This document shows positions 63,307 to 64,000 of a stretch of 64,000 nucleotides of DNA, in pieces. The DNA comes from a virus. Lineage: Duplodnaviria > Caudoviricetes. Location of the stretch: positions 1-64,000 of IMG/VR virus record IMGVR_UViG_3300012665_000509; one strand, given 5' to 3'. The notes beneath the pieces were generated by a model. That model had not been told where the DNA came from. It saw only the letters and a list, made by a program, of their open reading frames with translations, and did no database searches. Positions within the stretch are counted from its first letter, which is position 1. Every line of letters starts with the position of its first letter. The position numbers and the translations under genes are program-made.

Positions 63307-64000
63307 ATGGCTCAATTAAGTTCACCAGGCGTAAGCGTAACGGTTATAGACGAATCGTTCTATACCCCAGCTGCACCCGGAACAGTCCCTTTAATTATCG
63401 TTGCTTCTGAAGAAAGCAAACAGAACGGTGCTGGTACAGGTACTGCCGCTGGTACATTAAAAGCAAACGCAGGTCAAGTTTATTTACTAACAAGTCAGAA
63501 AGATTTGTCAGACACCTTTGGTACACCAGTATTTAAAACTGATGCTAACAACAACCCAATACACGCTGGAGAGCAAAACGAATACGGTTTACAAGCCGCA
63601 TACAGCTTTCTAGGCGTAAGTAATCGTGCGTATGTTGTACGTGCTGATATTGATACTGCTCAATTAAATGCTTCAGCTACTGCTCCGGCAGGAAACCCGG
63701 AAGATGGTACATTTTGGTTTGACACAGCAAATACTAAGTTTGGTGTATTTGAATGGAACTCAGCTGATGCTGACGTAACCGGTGGTCAAACATTTATAAA
63801 CAAAGTTCCTACAATCATTACAGATCCAACTAAGTTAGATGGTTATTCAAATGACGGTTCATACACTGGCATTAAAAATAACGTTGGCGCAGTTGGTAGC
63901 TATGCGATTGTAGCAGTTTCAACATTAAACAAATTATGGTATAAAAAGCCAGCAACAAACACAGCGGCTCACGTATGGGTTGAAGTTGGTTCTGAAGCTT
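63307..64000 (+). CDS. gp18: tail sheath protein, 5' part (runs off window)
   Basis: Not in the ORF track. MAQLSSPGVSVTVIDESFY...SQKDLSDTFGTP...NEYGLQAAYSFLGVSNRAYVVRAD, typical sheath N-terminus. Confidence 0.9.
   Translation, partial: MAQLSSPGVSVTVIDESFYTPAAPGTVPLIIVASEESKQNGAGTGTAAGTLKANAGQVYLLTSQKDLSDTFGTPVFKTDANNNPIHAGEQNEYGLQAAYSFLGVSNRAYVVRADIDTAQLNASATAPAGNPEDGTFWFDTANTKFGVFEWNSADADVTGGQTFINKVPTIITDPTKLDGYSNDGSYTGIKNNVGAVGSYAIVAVSTLNKLWYKKPATNTAAHVWVEVGSEA

Noticed and set aside
47672-63315. Longer ORF-track starts at 48793, 61444 and 63315 (also 138 and 10204)
   Set aside because: The extensions overlap neighbouring genes or promoters and lack SD sites; downstream ATGs at 48688, 61384, 63201, 153 and 10237 fit better.
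1-64000. CRISPR array, tRNAs, tmRNA, integrase or transposase
   Set aside because: No regularly spaced direct repeats, cloverleaf/T-loop signatures or recombinase motifs were found by eye; a tRNAscan or CRISPR finder run would be needed to exclude them fully.
1-64000. Stop-codon reassignment as in some large phages
   Set aside because: Core genes and very long ORFs are intact under the standard code, and genes are tightly packed.

Overview
A 64-kb segment of a large, AT-rich T4-like (myovirus-type) dsDNA phage. The left end carries the tail of a late sigma factor (gp55-like), the gp47/gp46 Mre11-Rad50 pair, a small basic protein and a GIY-YIG nuclease, followed by a ~450-nt densely structured non-coding region. 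Next come tail-assembly chaperone and tape-measure genes and the head module (portal, scaffolds, protease, major capsid). About 42 kb of tail fibre/baseplate-appendage genes follow, including five very large modular proteins (1120-2695 aa) and three Cys/Gly-rich paralogues with Tfa-like chaperones. Antisense glycan-modifying genes (GT2; GT9 + SGNH + carbamoyltransferase) are inserted among the structural genes. The right end has Nudix, gp15, gp14, gp13, dNMP kinase, an HNH gene and the start of the tail sheath. T4-type late promoters (TAAATA core) precede most structural units. Best leads: (1) a -1 frameshift signal (T TTT TTC, 6-nt spacer, 12-bp stem) fusing gp26-like and gp51-like frames; (2) nine phycobiliprotein-like C-x-R-D helical repeats in three virion proteins, nested Russian-doll style in one; (3) the unexplained structured element after the GIY-YIG gene. 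All family assignments are from motif recognition by eye; no database searches were run. No tRNA, rRNA, CRISPR array, integrase or reverse transcriptase was seen.
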